A DNA stretch of 63,693 bases, filler included, from Barthelona sp. PAP020 (taxonomy: Eukaryota): NCBI GenBank assembly GCA_040182905.1. It is 4 parts of 4 records of this genome, joined end to end, with 100 filler letters (N's around TTAATTAATTAA, not from the genome) between each part and the next. Parts side by side here need not be neighbours in the genome. Positions count along the whole stretch, not along the records: positions 1 to 15,865 come from JARQWU010000270.1; 3 more parts are not named here. The stretch is one strand, 5' to 3'. Below the pieces are notes generated by a model, which saw nothing but the letters and a program-made list of their open reading frames with translations, was not told where the DNA came from and ran no database searches. This document shows positions 1 to 11,550 of this stretch, piece by piece. Made by a program: the position numbers and the translations under genes. Each line of letters begins with the position of its first letter. The stretch's first letter is position 1.

Positions 1-645
1 AGCCTTGAATTTGAATCCTGGCTGTTTGAAATGACTTAGTTCTGATTGAAAGATTGGACGATATTGAATCCCTAAAAAAAAAGAAATGACTTCAATAACT
101 TTGGATAGAAAATTTGATTAAAGAAATTCAGACAATGGTTGAAAATTTTGGGAAAATTTCTTTTGTAATCTTTCAAGATTCTTTATTAGCCAGTAACATT
201 AGATTCTTCTTTGTCTTAAGCTCAACTAGTTGTTTTATTATTTGATAAATTTTGAAATACGAGAAATTTTGCTTGATTCAAATTCTGGCGCATTTCTTCA
301 CGCTTTTCTTTTTCCCTCCTTGTGAAAATGCCCGCTACGCTTCACAATAATAATAAATGTTTATAAAGATCTTTATTGTTCTCGGTTAGAGTTTGGGGGT
401 ACTTGCAACTGAGTTGTTTTGCGTGGATGGTTCAGAACACTCTTAAAAAAAAAAGAAATGCTTCCGGTTTAGATGGGCGGGCATTTAAAGAAAAGTGCAA
501 CACTTTCCTTTGGCCCTTTGATGCACTTTAAATGTCTCCACTTATGTTCTCTTTGCAGGACTTTGATATTCCCTGTTGACCTTTTCTGTTTACTTGTATC
601 CTTAATCTTTGTATCCTAATCTTTACGTTTATTATTATTTGAGTT

Positions 646-749
646 TTTCAATTTTGATACCCATTAATATCAAAAATTGCAAGAAGAAACCTTAAACACA
701 TTCATATTCTCTTTTACGTGAAATCTGTCAGCTTTGCTTCGAACATTTG
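646..749. repeat. Dispersed repeat, copy A (shared with 32097-32200)
   Basis: TTTCAATTTTGATACCCATTAATATCAAAAATTGCAAGAAGAAACCTTAAAC...ACGTGAAAT...GCTTTGCTTCGAACATTTG aligns by eye with 32097-32200 on another contig, same orientation. Confidence 0.85.
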
Positions 750-1397
750 AGAAGAAAGAACACTTTTTTGTCACCAAATTTATATTGAAGATCTCCACTT
801 ATGTTCATTTTGTGAAATTAAACTCAATAATTTCATGCTGAACAATTTTGAAATTCAGTAAATTTAAAAATTGATATAAATACCTCTAACATTGTTTATA
901 TTTGATGAATCCTAAAGAAAAACATATTTCCAAAAAAGAACTTACTATTTTCTTTGTTTCTTCTTTGCTTTATTTTGGATTGGGCCTGCATGAAGAAAAA
1001 GTTTTTAATTGTCATATAATGGCTTTTAGCAAGTGTCAAAATATATGTCAACTTTATAAATATATATATATTGAAAAAAAAAAATCTTTTCCATTTTTTG
1101 TTTCAATTTTGAATTCAATAGCATAATATAATTATGTAACAAAGTTTCTTTGCATAAAAATATAAAGAAAAATGTTTCTGGAAATTTTTTTTGTGGGTTT
1201 TCCATCAATTACAAATTAATAAATTACATTTATACAGTTTTATTGTTATAATATGTTTCATCAAAATATAATTTAATAAATTGATGGGAATATTATGGAA
1301 ATTAGAAATTTTTTCTGTTAATTCAGAAATATATTTAATCAATAAATTGATGTTTAAATTATTTTCTTTAATTATTTTAATAATACAATTCTTTATA

Positions 1398-2144
1398 ATG
1401 GTGGACATCGAACAAACCCAAATATCTATCATCCTTGGAACCTTATCCACAATTTGTTGGTTTATTGCCAATCTTCCACAGATTTATCGAACCTATCAAA
1501 TGAAACGTAGTGATGGTTTGGCTATTTCTTTTTTGATTCTGCTATTTACTGCAGATTTTTTCAGTTTGGTTGGAGCCTTACTAAATGAAGATAAAACTAT
1601 TACACAGATTTTAGTTGGTTGTTATTTTGTTCTTTGTGATATTACTATGTTATCACAATATTACATTTATGAAAAAGGATGGAATAGCAGAAGATTGCTG
1701 GATCCTTCAAATGAGATTAGTTCTTTTTCTTCTTCATTTGTAATAGCATTTGTTGTTTTCTTCTTTAAACAATCAACTTGTCTTTCATTTGATTTAAATT
1801 CAAAGAGTGACCTAAATTTATCTCTTTCCACTGTTTTAGGTTGGATATCGAATGTAACATATCCTCTTTCCAGAATACCGCAAATCTTGAAGATGATCAA
1901 ATATAAAGCGTCTGAATCAGTGGAACCGCTCTTCTTTTTCAACGCGTTATTGGCAAATACATGCTATGGTTTATCTTTGGTGCAAAATTGTATTGGGTTG
2001 TATGAAGGTGAAAGATGCAACGTCTGCCTAAACAATATTCTTCCTTGGTTAGTTGGTGCATGGGGAACGATGTTGTTTGATATATTTATTGTAATATTGT
2101 CAATGAGATATAAAAATAGAGAGTCTTTTGAAAGAATAGAATAA
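1398..2144 (+). CDS. PQ-loop repeat membrane protein (PQLC2/Ypq-like lysosomal/vacuolar amino-acid transporter)
   Basis: Two PQ-loop motifs (WFIANLPQIYRTY...DGLAISFL; YPLSRIPQILKM...SESVEPLFF) and multiple hydrophobic helices. Probable start MVDIEQ at 1398; the ORF track starts at TTG 1281. Confidence 0.85.
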   Translation: MVDIEQTQISIILGTLSTICWFIANLPQIYRTYQMKRSDGLAISFLILLFTADFFSLVGALLNEDKTITQILVGCYFVLCDITMLSQYYIYEKGWNSRRLLDPSNEISSFSSSFVIAFVVFFFKQSTCLSFDLNSKSDLNLSLSTVLGWISNVTYPLSRIPQILKMIKYKASESVEPLFFFNALLANTCYGLSLVQNCIGLYEGERCNVCLNNILPWLVGAWGTMLFDIFIVILSMRYKNRESFERIE

Positions 2145-2401
2145 ATCCGTAGTTCTTTTATTTTTTGCTCATACATATTAGCACAAAAGTGTATGTTAAG
2201 AGGGAAGAAAATCAAATAAACACAAAAAAACTATTTACAAAAAAACAGCAAAGAAATCCACATTGAACTCCTTAAGAATATAGCTATGCCTTTTGTCAAA
2301 AAAAAAAAAAAGACCTTCAAGAATTCAAAGAACCAATTATACTTCAAAATAAACATTCCATAAAAGTTGACATTACATGTTCTAGTTCTTTGTAAAATAG
2401 A

Positions 2402-3478
2402 CTAAAAATTAACAATAGAACTCAGATTATGATCACCTACATAACTAAAGTCCTTAAATTCATCAGTTGAACAATTGCTGATTGTTTCACTACTGTTGGT
2501 CAAAGAATTTTGGTTCTTTGTAAAATTTTTATCAAAATTACTCACATCCTCAGCATTCTTTGTGAAAGGAACAAATGACATTTTCATATTCTTTTGTTTC
2601 AATTTCTCGAGATCAATTCCCCGAAAATAAGGATGGTGTAATATTTCTTTGACTCCATTGAAACCACCAATGCGCTTATTTGAATCTTTTACCAACAATT
2701 TTCTTAAAAGATCAACAGTCACATCATCAAAATATGCAGGGTAATATGGACAACTATGAAGTATTTTTTCATACATACCATTGACATTATTGTCATAAAA
2801 TGGAGTCCTTCCAGTCAAAAACTCATAAAGACAAATGCCTACAGACCAAAAATCTGCTCTTCTATCATAACTATCATGCCTAACGATCTCAGGCGCAAGA
2901 TACTCATGAGTTCCACAAACAGTAAAGGACTGATTTCCAAACTTTGATAATCCAAAATCAGCCAATGCAATATATCCATCAGAACCAACTAAAATATTCT
3001 CGGGTTTTAAATCACGATACATAACACCTTTTTCATGCAAAGCATCAAGACCAAACAAGATTTGTGCTAAATAAATTCTTGAACGAGATGGAGAAAATTG
3101 ATATTCCTTTTTCAAGTGAAAAAATAACTCACCACCCTTGAAATACTGCATTGCAAAGAATAATTTGGTTTTGGTTTGAAAAGCATATGCTAATTTGACA
3201 ACAAATGGTGAATTAAGTTCCATTAAAATTTTACGCTCCTCAAAAACCCTTTCAATGGTGTTTGATTTTAACACGTCAGACTTTTGTAATACTTTTAAAG
3301 CAAAAATTGTGTTGGTATATTTAAATTTGGCTTGAAAAACCTTTCCATAGGTTCCAGCACCTATTAATTTCAATATTTTAAAATCTTTCAAAGTCACATT
3401 TGAAACTTGAAAGAGTTTGTTGAAAAATATTTTTTCTTCATTTTCATTATCTTCACTTGAACTAATGGTGTTCCCCAT
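2402..3478 (-). CDS. AGC-family Ser/Thr kinase (Akt/SGK/S6K-like, no PH domain, N-myristoylation-type start)
   Basis: GAGTYGKV, ALK, YRDLKPEN, DFG, T-loop TVCGTHEYLAPE, C-tail NFD..F and hydrophobic motif FKDFSY; starts MGNTIS. Confidence 0.93.
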   Translation of the reverse strand: MGNTISSSEDNENEEKIFFNKLFQVSNVTLKDFKILKLIGAGTYGKVFQAKFKYTNTIFALKVLQKSDVLKSNTIERVFEERKILMELNSPFVVKLAYAFQTKTKLFFAMQYFKGGELFFHLKKEYQFSPSRSRIYLAQILFGLDALHEKGVMYRDLKPENILVGSDGYIALADFGLSKFGNQSFTVCGTHEYLAPEIVRHDSYDRRADFWSVGICLYEFLTGRTPFYDNNVNGMYEKILHSCPYYPAYFDDVTVDLLRKLLVKDSNKRIGGFNGVKEILHHPYFRGIDLEKLKQKNMKMSFVPFTKNAEDVSNFDKNFTKNQNSLTNSSETISNCSTDEFKDFSYVGDHNLSSIVNF

Positions 3479-3681
3479 TGTATAATAATTTTGATAATAA
3501 AACTTCCATGTGCTGAAAATCTCAACAAAAATATTTCGGGGTATCTTTACATAAATTTTAAAAATTTCATTTTCAGATTCGTAATTTTATCAATCTTTAT
3601 TTTCAACCCTTCATTATCATTCGAAATGAACATAAAACAAAAACCTTTCAAAAAAAAAACTAGATGGTAAAAAAATTTATA

Positions 3682-4185
3682 TCACTCAGGAAAAACTTCA
3701 ACTTTACGTGTTTCTAATTCAAAAGTCTTTATAAAACCAATATGTGGCATCAAATCATATTTCAATTTAATTTCAACACCATCATATGGTAGTTTGTAAT
3801 CAATTACATCATATTTAACTTCTTGATTGATCAAATAAACAACTGCATTATTCTTTGAAGTTAAAACAAAATCTTGTAAAGAAATGACTGTCCTTTCATT
3901 ATTTTCTTCAAACTCTAACTGTATATATAAAAATATTTTTTTTGTGTTAACGTTCCATATTTTAGAAAAATCTGCGTTCAAAGATATATTTGTAGGTAAA
4001 TAGTACATTCTATCACCATTTTTTAAATCTTTGTATTTTATCGCTCCAAAACTTAAATCTACATCATGAGAAACTGTATTATTTGTGATAAAAGGAAAAA
4101 CATTTGTAATAAGACCAAGAACAAATAGAGAAGTAATTGCAAACATTAACAAGTTATAAAATCTCGATAAATAGGAATGTTGCAT
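3682..4185 (-). CDS. SPCS3: Signal peptidase complex subunit SPC22/23
   Basis: MQHSYLSR start, one N-terminal TM helix, ADFSKIWNVNTKKIFLY and LKYDLMPHIG match SPC22 motifs (ADL..LFNWNTKQLFLY; L.WNVMP..G). Confidence 0.85.
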   Translation of the reverse strand: MQHSYLSRFYNLLMFAITSLFVLGLITNVFPFITNNTVSHDVDLSFGAIKYKDLKNGDRMYYLPTNISLNADFSKIWNVNTKKIFLYIQLEFEENNERTVISLQDFVLTSKNNAVVYLINQEVKYDVIDYKLPYDGVEIKLKYDLMPHIGFIKTFELETRKVEVFPE

Positions 4186-4465
4186 TATCAATAACTTGTT
4201 TTAATGGAAAATAAAAAAATAAAAAATGAAAAGGGCAGAGGAAAGACACAAATCAAAATCTTCTTTTTCTTTTCATTCATCAGATTATAAACTTTTTGAA
4301 AATATTTGATTAAACATATGTAAATCACTGACTTCGATTTTAAAATTTATCAAAAAAGGACAACAAAAACAAAAAAGGGTAAAACTAATAAAAAAACAAT
4401 TCTATTATCTATTTATAAATTATTCATCAAAAATGACTTTGAAATCTTTGTATTCATTTCTATAG

Positions 4466-7400
4466 CTAATCATAAACATCAGATAATTCTTGTTCAGTAA
4501 GTTCATCATCAGCTTCCATGTCATCTTCCATGTCATCCTCTTCAAATTCTTCGGGTTCCATTTTCATATCAGTATCAGAGCCATCGGCTAATCTAGTTCT
4601 TTCTTTTTTCTTTTGTTGGGGTTTTCTCTTTGAAAGCAGTTTGGTATATTGGATTGGGTCTTTGATATACACATAAAGTTCTTCCAATAACTTTCTAATA
4701 CGTTTGACTCTTACAGCGGCTGTCAATTCCATAATATTGGTCCTGAAGGGTAAATTATGATCGTCTCTTATGGCTAACCAATCAAATCCATGAACCCACA
4801 CAGCATTTACAAGTTCTTCATCACATTCGTTGTTCCAATTGGTCCAAGCTTTTGATTTGGGGAATGAAATGTTAATTTCTTTTGGTAAAGTGATTTCGTA
4901 TTTGTCAAACCCTCTGCTTTGAACATAATTATTTAAAGCTTCAAACCTGATACTGTTGATAAACAGATTGGCGGGTTTCGGGATGATTTCCTCACCATAA
5001 CTCACATTGCGCTTGTCTCTGGGTAAATCCAAGGGATCACAATCAAAACTATTTTGAATCACCGACAATACTCCATTAACAGCATCCGTTAAAGATTGAA
5101 CGTCACCAATCCATTGAGCTGCTTTTAAAATATCATCAATACGATGTATAGAGGGATATCTATGGATAGCCTTGAACAAAGCTTGATAATTACCGGTTTG
5201 ACTTACATTCTTCCTGCGTCGAATCTTTTTGTTATTCAAATTCCGCTGACGTTTTGTTCCATCAAAATTCTTGTTTCGAGATTCAGCTGGAATTATCTTT
5301 GACCAGAACTCTTCATTAGAAATCTTTGGGTCTCGATGTTTAGCAGATTCAAGATCAGCAGTGGCAAAGGAATCCAAAAAGTCATTTTCACTACCCGTTG
5401 ATTCAGCTTCTTGAATTTCAGCTTTTTGAAGAATTGAGTTCAATGAGAAATCTTCTTCAGACACGTTTTCATTGTCATCAATGAACAAGGATTGAGACCC
5501 AAATTTCAAAATACGTGTCAAATCATCAGTATGGAACTTTCTACTAGTTCTACCCATACCTTTACCAACAGTTTGAACCAACAATTGCTCATCCAGCATT
5601 TTGAGACGTTGTCTTTGTAAAACCTCTTCTTCAACACTATGTGCTGTTACAAATCGGTAAACACTGACTGCTGATTCTTGTCCTATTCTATGGGCTCTAC
5701 TTTCAGCTTGCAAATCATTTTGTGGGTTCCAATCACTATCAAAAATGATAACTGTATCAGCGGTAGCCAAATTGATACCAATTCCCCCTGCTTTAGTAGA
5801 ACACAAGAAAATAAAGTCTTGACTGTCAACTGCATTAAATTGATCAATTGCTCGTTTTCTCAATTCAGAAGAAATTTGTCCATGTAACTTTTGACAGCGA
5901 TAACCTTTTAACTTCATATATACCTCCAATATCTTCAACATTCGAACCATTTGACAAAAAACCAATACTCTATGTCCTTCAGCCTTTAATTTCTCTAGCA
6001 ATTGATCCAAGATGCGCATTTTACCAGAATTCTTCAAAATAGAATCTAAATTCTCAGGTACGTCATTTTTTTCAAAGTTTCTTCCTTTTTCAACACCAAT
6101 TAGGAAATTATGATTACAAATCTTCTTTAGATCAATAAATATATTTGTAAGACAGGCATTATCAGAGCCAGCAATTAAAGTGTCATAATCCCTAGCTAAA
6201 ATGGTAGCATACCATTTCTTCTGAGATTTTGTCATAGGAATTCTAAGAATCTGTTCATGTTTCGGAGGTAAAGATTTTTCTACTTGCTTCTTTGTACGAC
6301 GAAAAACAAACAATTGCAATTTCCATTGTTCATGGAATTTTTTAAGTTGTTGAGCTTTTTTAGCTTCATTGTAAGTATCTTCAAATTGTTCAAAAGAATG
6401 AAATACGGAAGGATTTGCGAAATTTAATAAGTTCCAGAACTCTTTAATTGAATTTTGATAAGGTGTTCCGGTGATCAGCAGTTTGGTATTGACATTGAGT
6501 TTTAAACAGTTATTGTGGAACGTAGATGTTTTGGACTTCAATTTATGAGCTTCATCAACACACAACAAACTCCATTTGATTCTCATCAATTCATCAATAT
6601 CACTGTTAACTATCTCATATGTAGTCAATAATATGTGGAATTTTGATTGTACATGAGTGGTATCCTTTTGAAAAAACTCATATTTTCGTATGATTTGGCG
6701 ACTAAATTTATTACCATAATATGCCACAACGTTCAATTCAGGAGTCCATTTTTTTGCCTCTCTTAACCAATTATGAAGTGTTGATAACGGTATTATAATC
6801 AAGAATGGTCCAGTTATATTGAAAATATGATATAAAGTGGCAATAAAACAAAGGGTTTGTATAGTTTTTCCCAAACCCATTTCATCAGCTAGAATGACAC
6901 TCAAATCCCTTAACCAAGTAGTAGTCAAGAAATTTATTCCTTGTAATTGATAATCTCTTAAGACATTATCACGGATAAACCAAGGTTGAGTTTCAAAACC
7001 TCGATTCCATTTCTGTAAGTGATCTTGTTTCTCATCCATAGACATAGATAATTTTCCAGACTTCTTTTCTCGTTTTCTATCATTATAAGCTCTCAATTCA
7101 GATTCAAAGCCTTCTGCTTGACAATCAATGGCTTCCCAAGTACATTCATCATAATTTAACTCTTTCCACAATACTAATACTTCTTCTTTTCCATCTCTTT
7201 CCCTAGCATGAATAATTCTTTCTACTTGTTTGTACAAAGGAAACAAAGCAACCTCCTTTTCACGCATAGCAATGATATCCTCCAATTCTTCATCACTCTT
7301 TGTTAGTAGTTCCGCCTGTTCTTTTTCTTTGCGTTTCAAATATCTCAAAACCCTTTTAAAGCCGGGAAACAATCTTAGAGATTCAAGCGTATCCCATGTA

Positions 7401-9625
7401 TTATGGAAATGTGAATAACCCAACCATTTGACATGAAACCTTTGGATGTAGTCATTTTCAACTTCAATAGGCACACCGATTTCATCTGGATTCAGTTCCA
7501 TAATTGTTTCATGAACAAGGCTCTGTAACAATAACTTAACCTGCTTCATGTTTTCATCATCACCTTTCTGAACATTCAAATGATATGTAAAGATTTCTTT
7601 TGGAAACAGATCATCCTCCAGTATCCTTTCAATCTCTACTTGCTTTGGTGGTGGCGTAATATCCAACTCTTTGGATTCATTCTCACTTTCTAGAGGAATA
7701 AGTTCATCATAATCAATCTCCGCCATCATTTGATCTGATCTTGGACGTCTGGAACGAACACGTTTTGGTGCACTAGGGTTCTTGAGAATTGGTGCAATGT
7801 ATTCTTCATCAGAGTCATCAGTATTACCACCAATATGTTCAGTATATGTTGATGGTGGTGATTCAGGTTCAACAGCTCTTTTTCGACGTTCAGACTGAAT
7901 GTTTCTGGAAGGAATACTACTTTTAGCTTGCATATATGAAGTGGGCATTCGAACTCCCATTCGATTTGGATTTATAGGTGTTCCAGGCATCATTTGAATT
8001 CCAGGACGACCAGGACCAGGAGCCACTCTCATTGGATACATTCCAGGAGGTAACATTCCAGATTTCATCATTGACATTGGGATAGAACCAGGGACCATCG
8101 GATAATGCATCATCATTGAATTAGGGATCATTTGAGGCATCATTTGAGGCATCACATTTTGGGGAACATTGGCCATATTAGGAGGCATTCCACCCGCACG
8201 TGCTTCATTTGTTTGCATAACAGATTGCATACCAGGCATCATTTGCATGGGAATTCTGGGTATTCCCGGCTGTAAAGGTTGACCCAACTGTATTTGTGAT
8301 CCAGGTCCTGGTTGCATAGACTGCATACCATGTTGTTTAGAAATTAATCCAGGTGAGGTCGAAATATTTGCTTGACTAGGGGTTGAAATTTTAGTAGTAG
8401 ACATATTAAAAGGCACCGAAGACGTGTTTTGCTCAGCCGGATTTGAAATATGGGCATTTGATCGTGAAAGAGAAGAATACTGTTCCGGAGTCATACCAGC
8501 TCCTGGAAAATTAAGCATCTGATAACCTTGTCTCATTCCCGGTACCATTCCCATCGGTTGAGGCTGTGTTTGAGAATTTTTTTGTTCAGGTGGAAGTTGA
8601 GGAGGATTTACCGGAGATTTATTGGATATTACAGGTGAAGTATTTGAAATTAAAGATTGTGTAGAGGTTGAAGGATTAAGAAGATTCGATGGTTGTCCAT
8701 ATGGATAAGCAGAACCCATAAAAGTAGGATTAATCATTGAAGCTTGTTTAGATATATTATCGGCAGAATTTTGAATCATTGGTGAAGGATGTGCGATGTT
8801 TGAAGATTGTGTTTGACTCATATTTAACGCAACATTAGGAGGCGAATGAATATTTTGTGCATTTATATTGCTACTTTCACGATGACCAATCATATTTGGG
8901 GACGAATCATGTGCATTCAAAAGAGGTCCTTGTTTTAAAGGAGGTGCAGATTGTAGACCCATTGAAGGTACAACATTACCTTGATTAAACATAGTGTTTA
9001 CCGAAAAAGTGGGTGGATGTCCAACTTTGCTTTGAATTGACATTTGGTTATCAGCCAACGGATTAATTCCACTGTTTAAATGAGAATCTGGAGGAGGAGG
9101 CGGTTTAATCTGAAAAGGATTTTCATTTTGACCATCATTTCCAGCAATTTGATTATCTAAATTGTTATCACTTGTAACGCGCTTAATCATATTTGGGAAA
9201 CTACTTTGAATCGAAGACGTACCAGTTTGACTGGGAAAATTATCATAAGTGGGAGTTTGTTGTTGCATCTCATTTGTAGATTTCATAGAATCTTGAGACA
9301 ATGTATTATTGGATGTTGAACTCATTTGATTCATGTTGTTAATCATTCCCATTGGCATTTGACCATTCATTTGCATTTGTTGAGCCAAAACTGGATTGGC
9401 TTGCATCATCATCATTTGTCTTTGCCACATCATCATCTGATATTGTTGAGGAGTCATCTTGTAAACCATTTGTTGCTGTTGTGGCGTTGTTTGATGTTGT
9501 GGTTGTGATTGATCATTTGATATTTGTCCAAACTGATTATTTGGATTGAATCCAAAAGAATATTGTGCATTTGCATTTGAAGGATTCATCAAATTCGAAG
9601 AAGTCGATGAATTCACAGGATTCAT
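4466..9625 (-). CDS. CHD1: CHD1-like SNF2 chromatin remodeller with tandem chromodomains and long Q/M/P-rich N-terminus
   Basis: Chromodomains (FHVKWLGYSHFHNTWD; VLVLWKELNYDECTWE), ILADEMGLGKTIQ, DEAH, SDWNPQNDLQAESRAHRIGQ, ILKFGSQSLF, C-terminal SANT/SLIDE-like region. First ATG at 9625. Confidence 0.9.
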   Translation of the reverse strand: MNPVNSSTSSNLMNPSNANAQYSFGFNPNNQFGQISNDQSQPQHQTTPQQQQMVYKMTPQQYQMMMWQRQMMMMQANPVLAQQMQMNGQMPMGMINNMNQMSSTSNNTLSQDSMKSTNEMQQQTPTYDNFPSQTGTSSIQSSFPNMIKRVTSDNNLDNQIAGNDGQNENPFQIKPPPPPDSHLNSGINPLADNQMSIQSKVGHPPTFSVNTMFNQGNVVPSMGLQSAPPLKQGPLLNAHDSSPNMIGHRESSNINAQNIHSPPNVALNMSQTQSSNIAHPSPMIQNSADNISKQASMINPTFMGSAYPYGQPSNLLNPSTSTQSLISNTSPVISNKSPVNPPQLPPEQKNSQTQPQPMGMVPGMRQGYQMLNFPGAGMTPEQYSSLSRSNAHISNPAEQNTSSVPFNMSTTKISTPSQANISTSPGLISKQHGMQSMQPGPGSQIQLGQPLQPGIPRIPMQMMPGMQSVMQTNEARAGGMPPNMANVPQNVMPQMMPQMIPNSMMMHYPMVPGSIPMSMMKSGMLPPGMYPMRVAPGPGRPGIQMMPGTPINPNRMGVRMPTSYMQAKSSIPSRNIQSERRKRAVEPESPPSTYTEHIGGNTDDSDEEYIAPILKNPSAPKRVRSRRPRSDQMMAEIDYDELIPLESENESKELDITPPPKQVEIERILEDDLFPKEIFTYHLNVQKGDDENMKQVKLLLQSLVHETIMELNPDEIGVPIEVENDYIQRFHVKWLGYSHFHNTWDTLESLRLFPGFKRVLRYLKRKEKEQAELLTKSDEELEDIIAMREKEVALFPLYKQVERIIHARERDGKEEVLVLWKELNYDECTWEAIDCQAEGFESELRAYNDRKREKKSGKLSMSMDEKQDHLQKWNRGFETQPWFIRDNVLRDYQLQGINFLTTTWLRDLSVILADEMGLGKTIQTLCFIATLYHIFNITGPFLIIIPLSTLHNWLREAKKWTPELNVVAYYGNKFSRQIIRKYEFFQKDTTHVQSKFHILLTTYEIVNSDIDELMRIKWSLLCVDEAHKLKSKTSTFHNNCLKLNVNTKLLITGTPYQNSIKEFWNLLNFANPSVFHSFEQFEDTYNEAKKAQQLKKFHEQWKLQLFVFRRTKKQVEKSLPPKHEQILRIPMTKSQKKWYATILARDYDTLIAGSDNACLTNIFIDLKKICNHNFLIGVEKGRNFEKNDVPENLDSILKNSGKMRILDQLLEKLKAEGHRVLVFCQMVRMLKILEVYMKLKGYRCQKLHGQISSELRKRAIDQFNAVDSQDFIFLCSTKAGGIGINLATADTVIIFDSDWNPQNDLQAESRAHRIGQESAVSVYRFVTAHSVEEEVLQRQRLKMLDEQLLVQTVGKGMGRTSRKFHTDDLTRILKFGSQSLFIDDNENVSEEDFSLNSILQKAEIQEAESTGSENDFLDSFATADLESAKHRDPKISNEEFWSKIIPAESRNKNFDGTKRQRNLNNKKIRRRKNVSQTGNYQALFKAIHRYPSIHRIDDILKAAQWIGDVQSLTDAVNGVLSVIQNSFDCDPLDLPRDKRNVSYGEEIIPKPANLFINSIRFEALNNYVQSRGFDKYEITLPKEINISFPKSKAWTNWNNECDEELVNAVWVHGFDWLAIRDDHNLPFRTNIMELTAAVRVKRIRKLLEELYVYIKDPIQYTKLLSKRKPQQKKKERTRLADGSDTDMKMEPEEFEEDDMEDDMEADDELTEQELSDVYD

Positions 9626-10296
9626 TTGCAAACCAAACCAAAAAAAATATGTAATTATTCAAAATTTTATTGTTGTTGAGTTAAACATGCTTTTTAACAA
9701 AAATAAATAGGATAATTTCAAGATGATTCTCAAATGAAAGAATTAATTTATTGACAAATAAACTGTACATCCTCCACCATATTTTTTTTTCATCTTTTTA
9801 TTAACTTAGAAGTACTTTTGAACTTTTTTTTTGTTTTTTTGTTGTTTTTTTCAGCTAAAGTATTGTCAAACAAAAAAACGCAAAACTTTATTTTTTATAT
9901 TATTATAGTTTAATAAATAAAATTATGCAAGAAAAATGAAAATTTCATGTGAAGGATGAGAGAAAAAGAAAACAAATTTAGAAGGTATTTTTATTTTTGA
10001 AATTTTTTTATTTATTTGTGAAAACATGTGTTTATTTGTTTATATCACTTTGAATATAATTATTATAAAATTTATTTGTTGAAAAGTTGAGGTGACAAAT
10101 TTTATTTGGTTTTTCATACTTTCAAAACTGCATAGATTTCTCAAAAAACATTGTAATTGAAGCGACTGTTACAATTAAACCAAAAAAAGAAAATATTCAA
10201 TTGCTCAAATATTCCATCTTCAATTAGTCATTTAGAGTTTCAAATAAACCAATAAAAACAAATAAACGTGTAATTTTTACAATAAACCAACAATTT

Positions 10297-11391
10297 CTAT
10301 TTTTTTTTCATGATTTTCTTCATTTTTTTAATGAAGAAATTAATATCAGATTTTAAATCAGGTGGAGATTCAATATTTCTGTGAAATTTGTTATGATTTG
10401 AAATATTAGATGGTGATTCGTCTCCACTCAAAGGTTCATTTGGAAATAATGAAACGAACTCTGAAAATAAATATTGTCTGTTATTTTTTTCTTGTGTAAT
10501 CTGTAATTGTTCAGGAATGATTGGAGAAGCTTGTATTTTAGGTCTCAATAGTTCACTATGTATTTTTTTATGCTTCTTGGAAATATTGTCTTCATGTTCT
10601 TTCATCAAAATGGTTTCTACTTGATCTATATCGTAAATTGAGTTTTTTCTTTCATGCGTGACTTGTCTTGGAGAAATTGCTTCACGTTCATTCGTGTCCA
10701 CAGGAATTGTGTTTTTCACTGTATAATCCTCAATCATGAGATTCGTTAATGAGGTACGCTTTTCTTCTTGTTTGTTTTCATTGATATAACTACAACTGAT
10801 ATTAATTGAAGCAATATCAAACTGAAATGCTGGTAACTTAAGTTCTTGAACCTTTTTAGTGAAAGTAACACTGGTATTTGGTTCCAAAGAGACTTGAACG
10901 TTCAAACGATAATCAACATCATTTCTTCGCCTATATCTCAAATAGGCCAAATGTGAAGGTAATAAATGTAAAGAGAGGTATAAACCTCGTAAGATATTCA
11001 TAGCACGAATGTAAGAAATGCCTAGTTCTTCATGAATATTGTGTGATTGTACATTGATTCTCCAACATTCCAATAATTGTAAATTATTGGGTGTCAAAAC
11101 ATATATATATATACAAAAGGGAAGAGTTGGCAATTTACGTTCAATAAAACATGTATCTTCATATAACTTTTGCAAAATTTCTTCATTAGGTATTCTTAAC
11201 CGATATGATGTTGAAAAATTTTTGACTCTTTGATCTATATTTAAGCCATAACGATTGTATAGTATGATGTTTAAGGTTGATACTACGGCATTTGTTAACA
11301 AATCATAATATTTTTGAGTATTCTCATTCGGAAATTGTTCGATCGTACTTTGAACATTTGGCGCAATTAATTCATCGTCATTATCATTCAT
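10297..11391 (-). CDS. ATG13: Atg13-like HORMA-domain autophagy protein
   Basis: LLECWRI...ELGISYIRAMNILRGLYLSLHLLPSH resembles the Atg13 N-terminal HORMA signature (LLE.W...Y....LLRSLY....LLPA), followed by a disordered tail. Confidence 0.7.
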   Translation of the reverse strand: MNDNDDELIAPNVQSTIEQFPNENTQKYYDLLTNAVVSTLNIILYNRYGLNIDQRVKNFSTSYRLRIPNEEILQKLYEDTCFIERKLPTLPFCIYIYVLTPNNLQLLECWRINVQSHNIHEELGISYIRAMNILRGLYLSLHLLPSHLAYLRYRRRNDVDYRLNVQVSLEPNTSVTFTKKVQELKLPAFQFDIASINISCSYINENKQEEKRTSLTNLMIEDYTVKNTIPVDTNEREAISPRQVTHERKNSIYDIDQVETILMKEHEDNISKKHKKIHSELLRPKIQASPIIPEQLQITQEKNNRQYLFSEFVSLFPNEPLSGDESPSNISNHNKFHRNIESPPDLKSDINFFIKKMKKIMKKK

Positions 11392-11550
11392 CAAGATGTT
11401 TCAAATAAAAAATATATATTGTTATTTCTTTTTCATTCTTTTTAAATTAATTAATTTATAAATTTTGACATTAATGGTTTATATTGACATAATTTTTGGT
11501 TCATTTGTCCCAAATAGTCAAAATATATTCGAAGACTTTTTTTTTTTTAA

